From assembly GCA_964234715.1 (NCBI GenBank), contig OZ174282.1: a stretch of DNA of 64,000 bases. One strand, given 5' to 3'. The stretch is from Podarcis melisellensis (taxonomy: Eukaryota). Under the pieces are notes generated by a model. The model worked only from the letters and a program-made list of their open reading frames with translations, made no database searches and had not been told where the DNA came from. Numbering within the stretch: the stretch's first letter is position 1; each line of letters begins with the position of its first letter. Below, piece after piece: positions 63,933 through 64,000 of the stretch. The translations under genes and the position numbers were made by a program.

Positions 63933-64000
63933 GTGAGTGACAGGCCCCAGATCAGAAGCAGCTGTGCTAAAACTGCCCAGGTGCCACCTGCTGTAGTCAT

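Overview
Vertebrate genomic DNA from a squamate reptile, probably a lacertid lizard (Sauria/Squam-type SINEs, CR1 fragments, 314-aa MC1R). It holds the conserved syntenic block TCF25 - MC1R - TUBB3 - DEF8 - AFG3L1, all on the + strand. I reconstructed exon structures by hand from splice sites and reading phase: TCF25 (18 exons, 688 aa, one GC-AG intron), MC1R (single coding exon, 314 aa), TUBB3 (4 exons, 450 aa, with a 146-N run exactly the expected length), DEF8 (11 coding exons, 452 aa) and the first 7 exons of an apparently intact AFG3L1, which is a pseudogene in human. The most interesting signals cluster around MC1R: (i) a 5'UTR intron candidate that contains a uORF; (ii) a strong splice donor overlapping the stop codon with a matching acceptor 280 nt downstream; (iii) a near-perfect CTCF site; (iv) an AATAAA followed by a G11 run; and (v) a sense-strand minimal hammerhead-ribozyme motif from a Penelope-like element about 480 nt past the poly(A) signal, with a mutated sister copy between DEF8 and AFG3L1. 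Also present: an RE1/NRSE in TUBB3 intron 1, an 18-bp palindromic CRE in the TUBB3 promoter, hAT MITEs with TIRs and TSDs, a solo LTR nested in a SINE upstream of DEF8, and many SINE, CR1 and MITE relics. All functional interpretations are hypotheses from sequence alone. Gene identities come from recalled orthologue sequences, not database searches.
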